Assembly (NCBI GenBank): GCA_963422615.1
Contig: OY730414.1
Span: 62,001 to 126,000, forward strand
Origin: Longimicrobiales bacterium
GTDB lineage: Bacteria; Gemmatimonadota; Gemmatimonadetes; Longimicrobiales; Gaopeijiaceae
Direction: 5' to 3'
DNA length: 64,000 nucleotides
This document shows, in pieces, positions 51,019 through 61,358 of the stretch. The position numbers and the translations under genes were made by a program. The notes beneath the pieces were generated by a model. That model made no database searches. It was given only the letters and a program-made list of their open reading frames with translations, and was not told the origin of the DNA. Within the stretch, counting starts at the first letter, position 1, and every line of letters begins with the position of its first letter.

Positions 51019-52737
51019 ATGCACCGGAACCCGCCACCCACCCGAACTAACACCCCGCGGGCACCGGTCGTGGAACGCCGTCGGTTCCTTAAGACCGCCG
51101 TCGCGGCTGCAGCAACGGGAACCTTGGCGTCCGAATCACTGATCGCTGGCGACGCAAGTACGGCCGGACCCGACCGAGACCCCGTCGGGGAAACCATCCT
51201 CAACGGGAATCCGGATGCGACCCCGATGCCCGACTCCGGACCGCAGCTCCAGGCCGACCCGGTCCCGGCTTCCCTGGGCAACGCCGAACCCCCTGCTCTG
51301 CACTTCCAAGCGTATCCCGGCGGGACCGGCGCACTCATGGAAAAGCTCTGGCGGGACACCGGCGGGAACCTCTTTGAGCACAACGAGATCCGCATCCCGT
51401 CCTGGGAAGGGTCCGTTCCCGCAACCGAAGAAGAGCTCGTCTTCCTTCCCGTCCACCGCCTTTCCGCCCTGCTCCGCGCTCGGAAAATCACCGCCTCGGA
51501 CCTTACCGACATCTACCTGGCCCGCATGAAGCGCCTTGACCCGCTACTCCTCTGCGCGGTGACGATCCTTGAGGGGCGCGCCCGGGAAGAAGCCCGCCAG
51601 GCCGACGCGGAAATCCTGGACGGGAACTGGCGGGGACCTCTCCACGGCATCCCGTACGGCCTGAAAGACCTGTTTGCAGTGAACGGAACCCGAACGACTT
51701 GGGGCTCTGCCGAGTTTCGCGGCCAGTTCACGCGGGAGGACTCCGAAGTGGCGATACGCCTCCGGGAATCGGGCGCCGTCCTCCTGGCCAAGCTTGCCAC
51801 GGGGGAGTTCGCTCGGGGCGACCGCTGGTACCGAGGACGGACGCTGAACCCCTGGAATCTGGAGGAAGGGTCCAGCGGGTCGTCCGCGGGACCGGGGTCG
51901 GCCACGGCCGCGGGGTGCGTGGCTTTCGCCATCGGAACCGAGACCCAGGGCTCCATCGTATCCCCTTCCCGCCGGTGTGGCCTCACCTCCCTGCGACCCA
52001 CGTTCGGCCGGGTGAGCCGGTACGGCGGAATGGTCCTGTCGTGGAGCATGGACAAAGCCGGGCCCATGTGCCGGAGCGCCCTGGACTGCGCGCTCGTCTT
52101 CAACGCCATTCACGGATCCGATGAAAAGGACCCGGCGTCCCTCACGGCCCCCTTCCGCTTCGACCCCGCCCCCGACTTGGCCGCGCTTCGCATCGGCTAC
52201 ACGGAAGACGCGCCTGTGTCCTTCCTGGACCAGCTTCGCGCCATGGGAGCAGATCCGCGGCCGATGCCGGAGATCCCCCGGGGCCGCTCCAACGCCTTGA
52301 ACGTGGAGTCGGCCGCGGCCTTCGACTTCCACGTCGCAAAGGGAGGGGAGCCCCAGCCCCTGCCACCGGACCTGGATGACGACGAGCGGCGTCGGCGAGG
52401 CCGTTTTCGAGGTGGCAGGGAGGTTCAGGCCCTGGAATACGTCCACTCCCAACGGCGACGCTTGCTCCTCATGAAGGCAATGGCCGAAGTCATGGAAGAC
52501 TTCGACATGTTCGCGAGCGGATCCGGACTTGTCGGACTGACGAACCAGACGGGTCACCCCGCGGTCGTCGTTCCCTACGGCCACGGAATCCGCAACCCGG
52601 ACGCGGAGAGCCCAACCGAAATGCCCCTGACGACCACCCTCATCGGGGACATCTTCGCCGACGACAAGATCCTCTCCGTCGCCCACGCGCTCCAGACCGG
52701 GAGCGACTGGCACTCCCGGCGGCCCGTCCTTGCGTAG
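51019..52737 (+). CDS. Amidase-signature enzyme with a Tat signal
   Basis: ERRRFLK twin-arginine motif, GPLHGIPYGLKD, GSSGSSAG, GTETQGSI. Confidence 0.92.
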   Translation: MHRNPPPTRTNTPRAPVVERRRFLKTAVAAAATGTLASESLIAGDASTAGPDRDPVGETILNGNPDATPMPDSGPQLQADPVPASLGNAEPPALHFQAYPGGTGALMEKLWRDTGGNLFEHNEIRIPSWEGSVPATEEELVFLPVHRLSALLRARKITASDLTDIYLARMKRLDPLLLCAVTILEGRAREEARQADAEILDGNWRGPLHGIPYGLKDLFAVNGTRTTWGSAEFRGQFTREDSEVAIRLRESGAVLLAKLATGEFARGDRWYRGRTLNPWNLEEGSSGSSAGPGSATAAGCVAFAIGTETQGSIVSPSRRCGLTSLRPTFGRVSRYGGMVLSWSMDKAGPMCRSALDCALVFNAIHGSDEKDPASLTAPFRFDPAPDLAALRIGYTEDAPVSFLDQLRAMGADPRPMPEIPRGRSNALNVESAAAFDFHVAKGGEPQPLPPDLDDDERRRRGRFRGGREVQALEYVHSQRRRLLLMKAMAEVMEDFDMFASGSGLVGLTNQTGHPAVVVPYGHGIRNPDAESPTEMPLTTTLIGDIFADDKILSVAHALQTGSDWHSRRPVLA

Positions 52738-52745
52738 CCGAAGCG

Positions 52746-53258
52746 ATGACCACGAGACGACTGGACGGGACCGGTGAAACGGATGGACACCCGGGAGTGA
52801 AGATGACGGCTCAACCGTTCACCGCGGTTCGTCGGATTGAGTTTGCGGACACGGACGCAGCCGGGGTCGCCCACTTCACCACCTATTTTCGCCTCATGGA
52901 GGAGACGGAGCACGCCTTCTACCGTTTCCTGGGCGGATCGGCCTTCGAGGAAACCGGGGACAGCGTCCGGGGAATGCCCCGGGTCTCGGCGTCTTGCGAC
53001 TTCGTCCGACCGCTCCGCTATGGAGACGTGGTAGAAGTCGTCCTGCGGGTTCGGGAGAAGGGCGAGCGCAAGATCGCCTACAACTTCGAGTTCCGGGCCC
53101 ACCCGGACCGACGCCTCGCGGCGAAGGGCGCCATGACCGTCGTGCACGCCACCCGCACAGCCGGAGAAACCTTCAAGTCGGCGCCCATTCCGGCATTCCT
53201 TCGCGAAGCCACCAGGATCGCGCGCGCCAGGACAGGACAGGAAGGAACCCCGCCATGA
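52746..53258 (+). CDS. Hotdog-fold acyl-CoA thioesterase (4HBT/YbgC-like)
   Basis: RRIEFADTDAAGVAHF, CDFVRPLRYGD; the start may be 52798 or 52804. Confidence 0.9.
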   Translation: MTTRRLDGTGETDGHPGVKMTAQPFTAVRRIEFADTDAAGVAHFTTYFRLMEETEHAFYRFLGGSAFEETGDSVRGMPRVSASCDFVRPLRYGDVVEVVLRVREKGERKIAYNFEFRAHPDRRLAAKGAMTVVHATRTAGETFKSAPIPAFLREATRIARARTGQEGTPP

Positions 53259-54508
53259 AACAGGAAGAAGGCTGCAACCGCACCAGGGCAAACGGCCCGG
53301 TCACCCATGCGATGCCCAAGCGCTTTGTCGCTCGGGTCGCTCAACCGGCCTTCTCGGCCGTTCTCGCCTTCGGACCCGCCTTGGCCCTGGCGGCCCAAGA
53401 CGTTCGCATGTCCCGGGGAACCCCGGCCGACGTTGGCATGTCGGCGGCCGTGCTCTCCGGCGGGGTGGGACTCTACAGGGAAGCCGTCGACGCGGGCGAC
53501 TTGGTGGGGGTGGTGCTCCTTGTCGCGAAGGACGGAAGGGTCGTTCTCCACGAGGCGCTGGGTTGGAGGGACAAGGCCCGGGGCCTGGCGATGGAGCCCG
53601 GCACCCTGTTTCGCATGGCCTCCAACACCAAGCCGGTCGTGGCTACGGCCGTCGGGATGCTGGTGGAAGACGGCAGGCTCCGCTACGACGATCTCGTACG
53701 GAAGTACCTTCCCTCCTGGGACAATTACCGGGCCGGATTCATCAATATCGGTCACCTGCTGTCCCATTCCAGCGGAATGAGGATCCCCACCCTCTTCCTC
53801 CGCCCCTACATGGCGCCCACCCCTCAACACCCCAACGCCCCCACTCTGCAGCTGGAAGTGGCCCGTTTCGGTCACGTGGGGGCGGACGTCATCCCCGGGA
53901 CCACCTATAGCTACAACAACCCGGGATACAACACGCTGGGCGCCCTTGTGGAAATTGCCGCCGGGATGCCCCTGGAGGAATACCTGGACCAAGCGCTGTA
54001 CACGCCCCTGGGCATGCACGACAGCTATCACCACGAAGTTGCCGACAAGTTGGACGGAAAGCTGGAGCGGATGTCCGTCGTCTACTACGAGCGGGACGGC
54101 GAAGGGGACTGGATGCCGGGCTGGACCCCTGGGGACCCGCCTCAGGTGCCCTTCGTGCGGGCTTCCGGGGGGATGATTTCGACGGCCGCCGACTACGCGT
54201 TTTTTTGCCAGATGTATCTGAACGGCGGTGTCTACGGCGGCAAACGGATCCTTTCGACGGAGACGGCCGCGCTGCTGACCTCACCCAAGATCAGGACCAA
54301 CCCCGGCTGGGATGGCTCCGCCAGCTACTACGGGTACGGTTGGTCCGTGACCGAAGACGGGGTCTTCTCCCACGGGGGATCCGACGGAACCCATGCCCTG
54401 GTGGATCCTTCGAAGAATCTGATCGTCCTGATCTTCACCCAAACCCCCGGAGGCCCCAATCCCGTAGGCCGCTTCCTGGAGCTGGTGAACCTGGCCATCG
54501 AAGGGTAA
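53255..54508 (+). CDS. Serine hydrolase, beta-lactamase class C-like, secreted
   Basis: FRMASNTK (SxxK), LLSHSSG, YSYNN, HGG. Confidence 0.92.
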   Translation: MKQEEGCNRTRANGPVTHAMPKRFVARVAQPAFSAVLAFGPALALAAQDVRMSRGTPADVGMSAAVLSGGVGLYREAVDAGDLVGVVLLVAKDGRVVLHEALGWRDKARGLAMEPGTLFRMASNTKPVVATAVGMLVEDGRLRYDDLVRKYLPSWDNYRAGFINIGHLLSHSSGMRIPTLFLRPYMAPTPQHPNAPTLQLEVARFGHVGADVIPGTTYSYNNPGYNTLGALVEIAAGMPLEEYLDQALYTPLGMHDSYHHEVADKLDGKLERMSVVYYERDGEGDWMPGWTPGDPPQVPFVRASGGMISTAADYAFFCQMYLNGGVYGGKRILSTETAALLTSPKIRTNPGWDGSASYYGYGWSVTEDGVFSHGGSDGTHALVDPSKNLIVLIFTQTPGGPNPVGRFLELVNLAIEG

Positions 54509-54528
54509 GCTGGGCAATGACTTAACGA

Positions 54529-55488
54529 TCATCCGCCCCGGGGGGAGATGGCCGACCCTTGTTTGCGCCAGTACCGGGCCAGGCCCCGCCACGAATCCTG
54601 AAAACCGGAAGCGAAGGCGTAGCGGGCCACCCGTTCCGGGGACAATTCGGCCGCCAACCCGCGCTTCACCCATTCTCCGAATTCCCCGGCCCGCTCTCCG
54701 TCCGATTCGGAAGGGCCCTCCCCGCTCCCTGTCCCAAGGGACCTCCGCACCTTATCCGACCACGCGGCAAGACGATCCCGCAGCTCACCGAAGTGCGCCC
54801 CTGGATCCCCGGACGGGCCGAAGTGGGTCGGGACGATCCGCTCGGGACGCCAAGCCAGGACCCGGTCCATGCTTCGGTTCCACGCTTCCACGTCGATGTC
54901 CGGCGGGGGCGTCACGGGGATGACGGGGCCACTCCGAATGCGAATTCCGCCGACGTCGCCGACCCACGCCGTACCTGTCCCGGCTTCGTAGTAGGCGACG
55001 TGGTGTTTTGCGTGGCCGGGTACATACGCGACCTTGAAGCGGCGATCCCCCAGGGTGAGTACGTCCCCTTCGTCCACCTCCCGAACCGACTCCAAGGGAA
55101 CAGGAAGGACGTTCCCCCACAATCTTCCCATGGCGTCTCCGTAGAGGCGACGGGCCGATGCCAGAAGGCGGCCAGGTTCGACCATGTGAGGCGCCCCTCG
55201 GGGATGCACGTAAACGAGGGCCCCGGGGGCCTCCCGCAGGATGGCTCCGGTGGCGGCAGCGTGATCCAGGTGGATGTGGGTGAGAAAGACCGCTCGGACA
55301 TCCGTCAGGGCGTACCCCAGATCTTTCAAGCCCGCTCGGAGCCGGGCAAGGCAGGCCTCCGGCCCGGGATCGACGAGTCCGATCCCTCCCTGGACAGACC
55401 GGAGGACCCCGGTTCCGATGACCGAGGGTTGGCCCTGGTGCAGGAGGTCGACGATGGCGGTGTCGGCACCGACGCGCATGACGGTCAT
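54529..55488 (-). CDS. Metallo-beta-lactamase fold hydrolase
   Basis: THIHLDHA, PGHAKHH, VGD, PTHFG. Confidence 0.92.
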   Translation of the reverse strand: MTVMRVGADTAIVDLLHQGQPSVIGTGVLRSVQGGIGLVDPGPEACLARLRAGLKDLGYALTDVRAVFLTHIHLDHAAATGAILREAPGALVYVHPRGAPHMVEPGRLLASARRLYGDAMGRLWGNVLPVPLESVREVDEGDVLTLGDRRFKVAYVPGHAKHHVAYYEAGTGTAWVGDVGGIRIRSGPVIPVTPPPDIDVEAWNRSMDRVLAWRPERIVPTHFGPSGDPGAHFGELRDRLAAWSDKVRRSLGTGSGEGPSESDGERAGEFGEWVKRGLAAELSPERVARYAFASGFQDSWRGLARYWRKQGSAISPRGG

Positions 55489-57038
55489 CGCTCGGCCGTC
55501 CAGTCCCGGACTCCGCCTCCCGCCCCGTTCCTGATGGCCTGTCCCGGAAACACCCCCTCGACCAGAAGACCGTCCCTGACCACCGGCACCCCTCCGACCA
55601 GCACGAACATGACGCCCCGGGACGGGGCCGAAGGGGAGGCGTAGTCAGCCACGTCCAAGATGGTTTCCGGGTCGAAGATGGTCAGATCCGCGTCGGCGCC
55701 CACCTGGACCCGGCCCTTTCGGGCCATTTCCGGAGCGGCTCCCTCGACCCGCCGGGCGGGGAGAAGCGTCATCTTGGCCAAGGCGTCCAACAGCGACAGG
55801 GCACCCCGGTCCCGGGAGTAGCGGCCCAGAATCCTGCTGAAGGTGCCCGCCCCCCTCGGGTGGACCGCCACATGGAGAAAGGGAATCCCGTCGCTGGCAG
55901 CGATCACGTCGGGCTGGGCGACAATCCACTCGTTGGTTTCTTCGTTGCGACCGTGAATCACGACCCAGCCTCCCCTTTCCCGATACTCGCGAAACGTGCG
56001 TGCATTCAGACGGTCGGCCTGCCCCGGCCACTGGAGTCGCCGGTACTCGGCATCGTCCAACCCCTCCCAGGCATCGAAGAGGGCGGACTCGATGAAGGTC
56101 GACGATGCGGTATAAGGATACGCCTCGGTGGTCACGTCCAGCCCGTGATCCTTCGCTCGCCGGATCATGCTCAGGGCCTCCTGGGCGTCTTCGCCGGCGC
56201 TGGAATTCAGGTGTACAACGTGGACGGAGGCGCCCGTGGCCGCCGCGTTGGCGATCACCTCCTGGAAGGGACCCAAGGTGCCACCGGAACCCGCTGCCCG
56301 AAGATGAACATACGCGGGCACGCCCCGGGCGGCCGCCGAAGCGAAGAGTTCAAAGATCTCGGTGCGGGAGGCTCCCGGCGTATACGTGATGCCAAAACCG
56401 TAGCCCAGGCCGCCTTCTTCAAGACCCGCCTCCATGAGGGCGGCCAACTCGGAGATCCCGGCGCCCTCCAGGGTCTGGTACACGACCTCGGATCCCATAG
56501 TGGCGTTCCCTTCACCGGGAGGCTGGGTCGGTGGGTGGCCCGGATCGGCCCCGGTGAACAGCTTGAATCGAGCCCCCGGATGGCTCACCGTCGCGCCGTA
56601 GTTGAGCAGAGCCCGGCCTTCTCGGGATGCAAGCCAGGGAGCCAGCGGGTAGACGCCAATTTCCATTTCCAGGGCCGTCGTCACGCCATCAAGCGCTTGT
56701 AAGCGGTTGCTGACCGAATCCTGGCCGTGGGCGTGAAGGTCGATGAAGCCCGGGGCGACGACCATTCCCATCGCGTCCAGGGTATCCCTGCCCCGTAGGT
56801 CGTCCTCACTGATCACCACGATAGACCCACCGCTGACGCCGACGTTGCGGTGCGCGTCCAACCCCGTCTCTGGATCCATGACGCGGCCGCCCAGAATCAC
56901 CAGATCGAGGGGCGCGGAGCAGGCGGCCGCAAAGAACGCGATGAAGAGGAAAAGGAGAACGGGGGAAGGGCGTGGAGAACGATTCGGACTGAAACCACGA
57001 GCGGTCACTGAGACTCCTTCACTTGGAAGTTCGGCCAC
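55485..57038 (-). CDS. Amidohydrolase (N-acyl-D-amino-acid deacylase-like), probable lipoprotein
   Basis: APGFIDLHAH, EAYPY, ASDG, HPRGAGTF, GADADLTIFDP; lipobox AAAC; start uncertain. Confidence 0.88.
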   Translation of the reverse strand: MAELPSEGVSVTARGFSPNRSPRPSPVLLFLFIAFFAAACSAPLDLVILGGRVMDPETGLDAHRNVGVSGGSIVVISEDDLRGRDTLDAMGMVVAPGFIDLHAHGQDSVSNRLQALDGVTTALEMEIGVYPLAPWLASREGRALLNYGATVSHPGARFKLFTGADPGHPPTQPPGEGNATMGSEVVYQTLEGAGISELAALMEAGLEEGGLGYGFGITYTPGASRTEIFELFASAAARGVPAYVHLRAAGSGGTLGPFQEVIANAAATGASVHVVHLNSSAGEDAQEALSMIRRAKDHGLDVTTEAYPYTASSTFIESALFDAWEGLDDAEYRRLQWPGQADRLNARTFREYRERGGWVVIHGRNEETNEWIVAQPDVIAASDGIPFLHVAVHPRGAGTFSRILGRYSRDRGALSLLDALAKMTLLPARRVEGAAPEMARKGRVQVGADADLTIFDPETILDVADYASPSAPSRGVMFVLVGGVPVVRDGLLVEGVFPGQAIRNGAGGGVRDWTAER

Positions 57039-57307
57039 AGACCCTGGCCGGCCATACTGAACCTTCTAGGGAGCGATGAGAAGACAGAGGCACCGAGAAC
57101 CAGACCTTCAGAATCCAGCGAAGGGACAAGGAAAGCAAGGATAAGACCTGTGGCGATATCCTCTCGCGTGCCTACCCCCGGCGAGACTCCTTACGGGTTG
57201 CCGGAACTCGAGCGCTACTCTTTCCCAAGGCGGGTCCACTCACCTATGTTGCTCCACTCAAAGTACCTGCCCCGTCAGAGAAGACCGCCTACCCACCGGA
57301 GGCACCG

Positions 57308-59338
57308 ATGCCAAGAACATTCTCCGCCCTCGCTTCGACGTCCTTCCTCCTGTGGATTCCCGCGCTGGTCCCCCCCGGCCTTTCTGCCCAGAACGAGCCC
57401 GACGGGACCCTCAAGCTGGAGACCTACCTGGACTGGGAATGGGTGGGCAACCCGGAGATTTCCCCGGACGGAAGCCAGATCCTCTACACGCGCACCCTGG
57501 TGGACAAGATCAACGACCGGCGCACGTCGGCCGTCTGGATCATGGACGCCGACGGCTCCAGAAAAAGGTTTCTGGTCGATGGATCGTCGCCCAAGTGGTC
57601 CCCCGATGGCGAACGGATCGCGTATACGGCCGAAGGGGACCCAGGCGGGACCCAGATCTTCGTCCGCTGGATGGACGATGAAGGATTGAGCACTCAGATC
57701 ACCCGCCTTCAGGAGAGTCCGTCCAACGTCGAATGGGCGCCCGGCGGGGAGCAGATCGCCTTCACGATGTCGGTGCCTTCGGACAACCCATGGCCGATCT
57801 CCCTTCCGGGCAAGCCCGCAGGTGCCAAGTGGACGGAGGCGCCCAAGGTGGTGAACCGACTCCAGTATCGGAGGGACCGGCGGGGATACATTGACGAGGG
57901 CTACACCCACCTGTTCGTGGTGCCGGCGGACGGGGGAACGGCCCGGCAGCTTACCCGTGGCGATTGGAACCACAACGGGGCCGCCTGGACGCCCGACGGC
58001 ATGGAAATCCTCTTCACCTCCCTGCGAGTCGAAGATGCCGAACACGAGTGGCGACAGTCGGACATCTACTCCGTCCAGGTGGCGACCGGGACCATCCGCC
58101 GCCTGACCGACCGGTCGGGTCCGGACGGATCGCCCCTGCCGTCCCCCGACGGACGGCGCATCGCCTTCACGGGCAACGACCTCACCACCGACACCTACAT
58201 CACCCGAAAGCTCTACGTGATGAACCGGGACGGATCCGGCGTCAGGATGATCAGCGGAGACTTCGACCGGCAACCTTCCGGACTGATCTGGGCTGCCGAC
58301 GGCAGCGGCGTGTACCTGACCGCAAGGAGCGAGGGCACGAGCAACCTCTACTTTGCTTCCGTGGACGGGGGGGTGGATCCGGTCACCGAAGGCAACCACA
58401 TGCTGGCCGTGAACTCCATCGAAGGTGGCATCGCACTGGGCACGCTCACCGATCCTCACAGCCCCGGCGACCTGGTGTCGTTTCCCGTGGAGAACCCCGA
58501 CGCGATTACCCAGCTCACCCGCGCGAACGCCGATGTCCTTGAAGGGACCGCCCTGGGCGATGTGGAGGAGATCTGGTACAAGTCCGTGGATGACTACGAC
58601 ATCCAGGGCTGGATCATCAAGCCGCCCGACTTCGACCCCCTTGGGAAGTATCCCCTCATTCTGGCGATTCACGGGGGACCCCACGGCATGTACAACGTGG
58701 GCTTCAACTTCGGGTGGCAGAATCACGCAGCCAACGGCTACGTGGTCCTGTACACAAACCCCCGGGGTTCATCGGGCTACGGCAGCGCCTTCGGCAACGC
58801 CATCAAGAACGCCTACCCCGGCAAGGACTTCGACGACCTGATGGCCGGCGTCGATCAGGTCATCGCCCGAGGGTACATCGACGAACAAAACCTCTTCGTC
58901 TACGGCTGCTCAGGCGGCGGCGTCCTCACGTCCTGGGTCGTGGGCCACACCGACCGTTTTGCGGCTGCGTCGGCCAACTGTCCCGTCACCAACTGGCTGT
59001 CCTTCGTGGGCACCACCGACGGCGCAAGCTGGTATCGGAACTTCGAGAAGTTCCCGTGGGAAGACCCTTCGGAACACCTTCGCCGGTCGCCCCTTATGTA
59101 CGTGGGCAACGTCACGACCCCCACCATGCTCATGACCGGAGAGGGAGATCTTAGAACGCCCATGCCCCAGACCGAGGAATACTACCAGGCCCTGAGAGTC
59201 CTCAAGGTTCCCACCGCCATGGTTCGCTTCAAGAACGAATGGCACGGCACGAGCTCCACGCCGTCCAACTTCCTTCGGACCCAGATCTACCTGAGGGAGT
59301 GGTTCAAGAAGCACCGCCGAGAGGGTCCTGTGACCTGA
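57308..59338 (+). CDS. S9 family peptidase (acylaminoacyl / dipeptidyl peptidase-like), secreted
   Basis: Signal peptide, TolB-like propeller (WSPDG), IHGGPH, GCSGGG nucleophile, DLRTP, EWHG. Confidence 0.95.
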   Translation: MPRTFSALASTSFLLWIPALVPPGLSAQNEPDGTLKLETYLDWEWVGNPEISPDGSQILYTRTLVDKINDRRTSAVWIMDADGSRKRFLVDGSSPKWSPDGERIAYTAEGDPGGTQIFVRWMDDEGLSTQITRLQESPSNVEWAPGGEQIAFTMSVPSDNPWPISLPGKPAGAKWTEAPKVVNRLQYRRDRRGYIDEGYTHLFVVPADGGTARQLTRGDWNHNGAAWTPDGMEILFTSLRVEDAEHEWRQSDIYSVQVATGTIRRLTDRSGPDGSPLPSPDGRRIAFTGNDLTTDTYITRKLYVMNRDGSGVRMISGDFDRQPSGLIWAADGSGVYLTARSEGTSNLYFASVDGGVDPVTEGNHMLAVNSIEGGIALGTLTDPHSPGDLVSFPVENPDAITQLTRANADVLEGTALGDVEEIWYKSVDDYDIQGWIIKPPDFDPLGKYPLILAIHGGPHGMYNVGFNFGWQNHAANGYVVLYTNPRGSSGYGSAFGNAIKNAYPGKDFDDLMAGVDQVIARGYIDEQNLFVYGCSGGGVLTSWVVGHTDRFAAASANCPVTNWLSFVGTTDGASWYRNFEKFPWEDPSEHLRRSPLMYVGNVTTPTMLMTGEGDLRTPMPQTEEYYQALRVLKVPTAMVRFKNEWHGTSSTPSNFLRTQIYLREWFKKHRREGPVT

Positions 59339-59353
59339 CCCGGGCCAGAGGCG

Positions 59354-59376
59354 GCGGGCCGGACGGGGCCCGCAAA
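59354..59376. terminator. Hairpin between convergent genes, probable terminator
   Basis: GCGGGCC-GGACGG-GGCCCGC stem-loop between two stop codons. Confidence 0.4.
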
Positions 59377-59386
59377 GACGAGGTTA

Positions 59387-59797
59387 CTAAGGCCGGACCG
59401 GGTGGTAGATGGCCACCCTCAGGGGAGGATTGATCCACCAGTAAAAGTGGAGGCGGTTATCCCCGTTGGCGGGGACGGTTTCCCGGCGTTCCCGCGTCTT
59501 CGGCCAATCGGACCGAGCGTTGAGGATCACCAGCACCTGCCTCTCCTTTAGCCGCTCCACCCACCCTTGCAGGGCCAGTTCCAACGCCTCCAGGACCGCT
59601 CTCTCGGCTTCTCGCTGAACGTCGCCGTCGGCCTCCCCGGCCAGCTCTCCCGTTTCCAAGCGTTCGTATGCGTCCTCGAAATCACCCGCAGAGAGGGAAA
59701 AGACTCGGTCCCTCAGAAACCCGATTTCCGTCATGCTGGCCGGGTTGAAGTTCGGCTCCACGCTGTGGTACGAGGCGCCGTATCGTCTCAGAATCAT
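59387..59797 (-). CDS. Hypothetical protein, translationally coupled to the DEAD-box helicase
   Basis: ATGA overlap at 59794-59797; globular-looking 136-aa sequence. Confidence 0.75.
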   Translation of the reverse strand: MILRRYGASYHSVEPNFNPASMTEIGFLRDRVFSLSAGDFEDAYERLETGELAGEADGDVQREAERAVLEALELALQGWVERLKERQVLVILNARSDWPKTRERRETVPANGDNRLHFYWWINPPLRVAIYHPVRP

Positions 59798-61062
59798 CTT
59801 CCCCAACCTGAATGGCCATCGTGGTTCAGGAGGGCTGCCAGCTCCTCCGGCTCAAGCTTGGTCCCGACCCTTGTGCCCATGCTCCGCCCCGAGCGGGTAC
59901 GGGCGCCGAAGGGTTCCCCTTTCTCCCGGACCCCGCCACCCGCGAAGTCGAAATCCGGGTGATGGACCCGCTCCAGGGTCCGTTCCAACTGGTACTCGAG
60001 CGTCCGAAACGCTCCCAGGTCTGAGGACGTGACGAAGGTGACCGCTTGACCACTGGCCCCGGCCCTTCCCGTACGCCCGATCCGGTGGACGTAGTCCTCG
60101 GAATCCAGGGGTACATCGTAGTTCACCACGTGGGAAATGCCCTCAATGTCCAGGCCCCGCTGGGCGATGTCGGTGGCAATCAGAACCCGCACCGTCCCGT
60201 TCGTGAACCGCTCAATGGCCCGGGTTCGGTCCCGCATCCGTCGGTTTGAGTGGATTACGTCGCACGAAACCCTGGCCCGGTCAAGGCGGGATTTCAGGGT
60301 GTCCGCCCCGATCTTGGTGCGGGTGAAGACGAGTACCTGCGCCCAACCCGGCTGATCCAGGAGGTGGACGAGAAGGCCCGGCTTCTTCTCGGGGCGCACC
60401 GAGTACGCGATCTCCGAGATCCCTTGGGCCGGGGTGCCCGACGGGGTGATCTCCAACCACGCCGGGTCCCGGGTCATGCGCAACGCCAAGTCGTGTACGG
60501 GATTGGGCATGGTTGCGGAAAAGAGAAGCGTCTGCGGCGGAGCGCCGAGGCCCCGGACGACTTCCTCGATCTGGGGCCGGAATCCCATGTCGAGCATCCG
60601 GTCGGCCTCGTCCAGAACGAGGACCCGAACGCCTGATAGTCTGGCCTTTCCCCGCTTCTTCAAGTCGATCAGGCGCCCTGGGGTCGCGACCACGATCTCG
60701 TCGCCTCTCCCGAGGGCTTCGAGCTGGGGTCCGTACGCGACACCCCCGTGGATCGCCACCGAGCGCAACCGCGAGCCCCTGGCCAGGTCCTTGGTGTCCT
60801 GGCAAACCTGCTGGGCCAGTTCTCGCGTGGGACAGAGCACCAGCGCCTGGAGTCCCGCGCGCGCCTTCAGGACCTCGAGAATGGGGAGCATGAAGGCGCC
60901 GGTCTTTCCGGTGCCCGTGCGGGCAATGCCCACGAGGTCTCGCCCGGCAAGAACGAGGGGAATCGCCTGAAGTTGGATCGGGGTCGGCTCCTTCCAGCCC
61001 AAAGCCTCCACTGCGGCTAGCCGAAGGTCTGAAAGGCCGAGGGCCAAGAATCGTCGGTTCAT
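59794..61062 (-). CDS. DEAD-box RNA helicase (RhlE-like)
   Basis: PTPIQ Q-motif, TGTGKT, PTRELA, TPGR, DEAD, SAT, QRGLD, HRIGRTGR; GGAG RBS. Confidence 0.96.
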   Translation of the reverse strand: MNRRFLALGLSDLRLAAVEALGWKEPTPIQLQAIPLVLAGRDLVGIARTGTGKTGAFMLPILEVLKARAGLQALVLCPTRELAQQVCQDTKDLARGSRLRSVAIHGGVAYGPQLEALGRGDEIVVATPGRLIDLKKRGKARLSGVRVLVLDEADRMLDMGFRPQIEEVVRGLGAPPQTLLFSATMPNPVHDLALRMTRDPAWLEITPSGTPAQGISEIAYSVRPEKKPGLLVHLLDQPGWAQVLVFTRTKIGADTLKSRLDRARVSCDVIHSNRRMRDRTRAIERFTNGTVRVLIATDIAQRGLDIEGISHVVNYDVPLDSEDYVHRIGRTGRAGASGQAVTFVTSSDLGAFRTLEYQLERTLERVHHPDFDFAGGGVREKGEPFGARTRSGRSMGTRVGTKLEPEELAALLNHDGHSGWGR

Positions 61063-61358
61063 AACGGCAAAATCTCCTGCTTCACGCAACCCGTGCCACC
61101 CGCTTGGGGGCCGGGGGTGACCGTCCGTACCTCCGTACGGGCGACCATCGGCAACCTTCCAAAGCCTTGGGGAACGTCGCGCAACCGACCGCATACGTCC
61201 AGCTCTGCGGACGGTACAGCCAAAACCCCGGGCGGATGCGGAAACCAGGGATTGGTCCCGTCCGAACCGTGCATGAACCCTCACGCAGTGCAATGCCCGC
61301 CTGGGGCAGGGGACGTGCAGACCTGCGCGCAGACCCTACTTGGGGAGACACCCGTGAA

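Noticed and set aside
53255..55488. Antibiotic-resistance beta-lactamases
   Set aside because: The motifs show only the general serine-hydrolase and MBL folds, in a hydrolase-rich catabolic neighbourhood; nothing indicates beta-lactam specificity.
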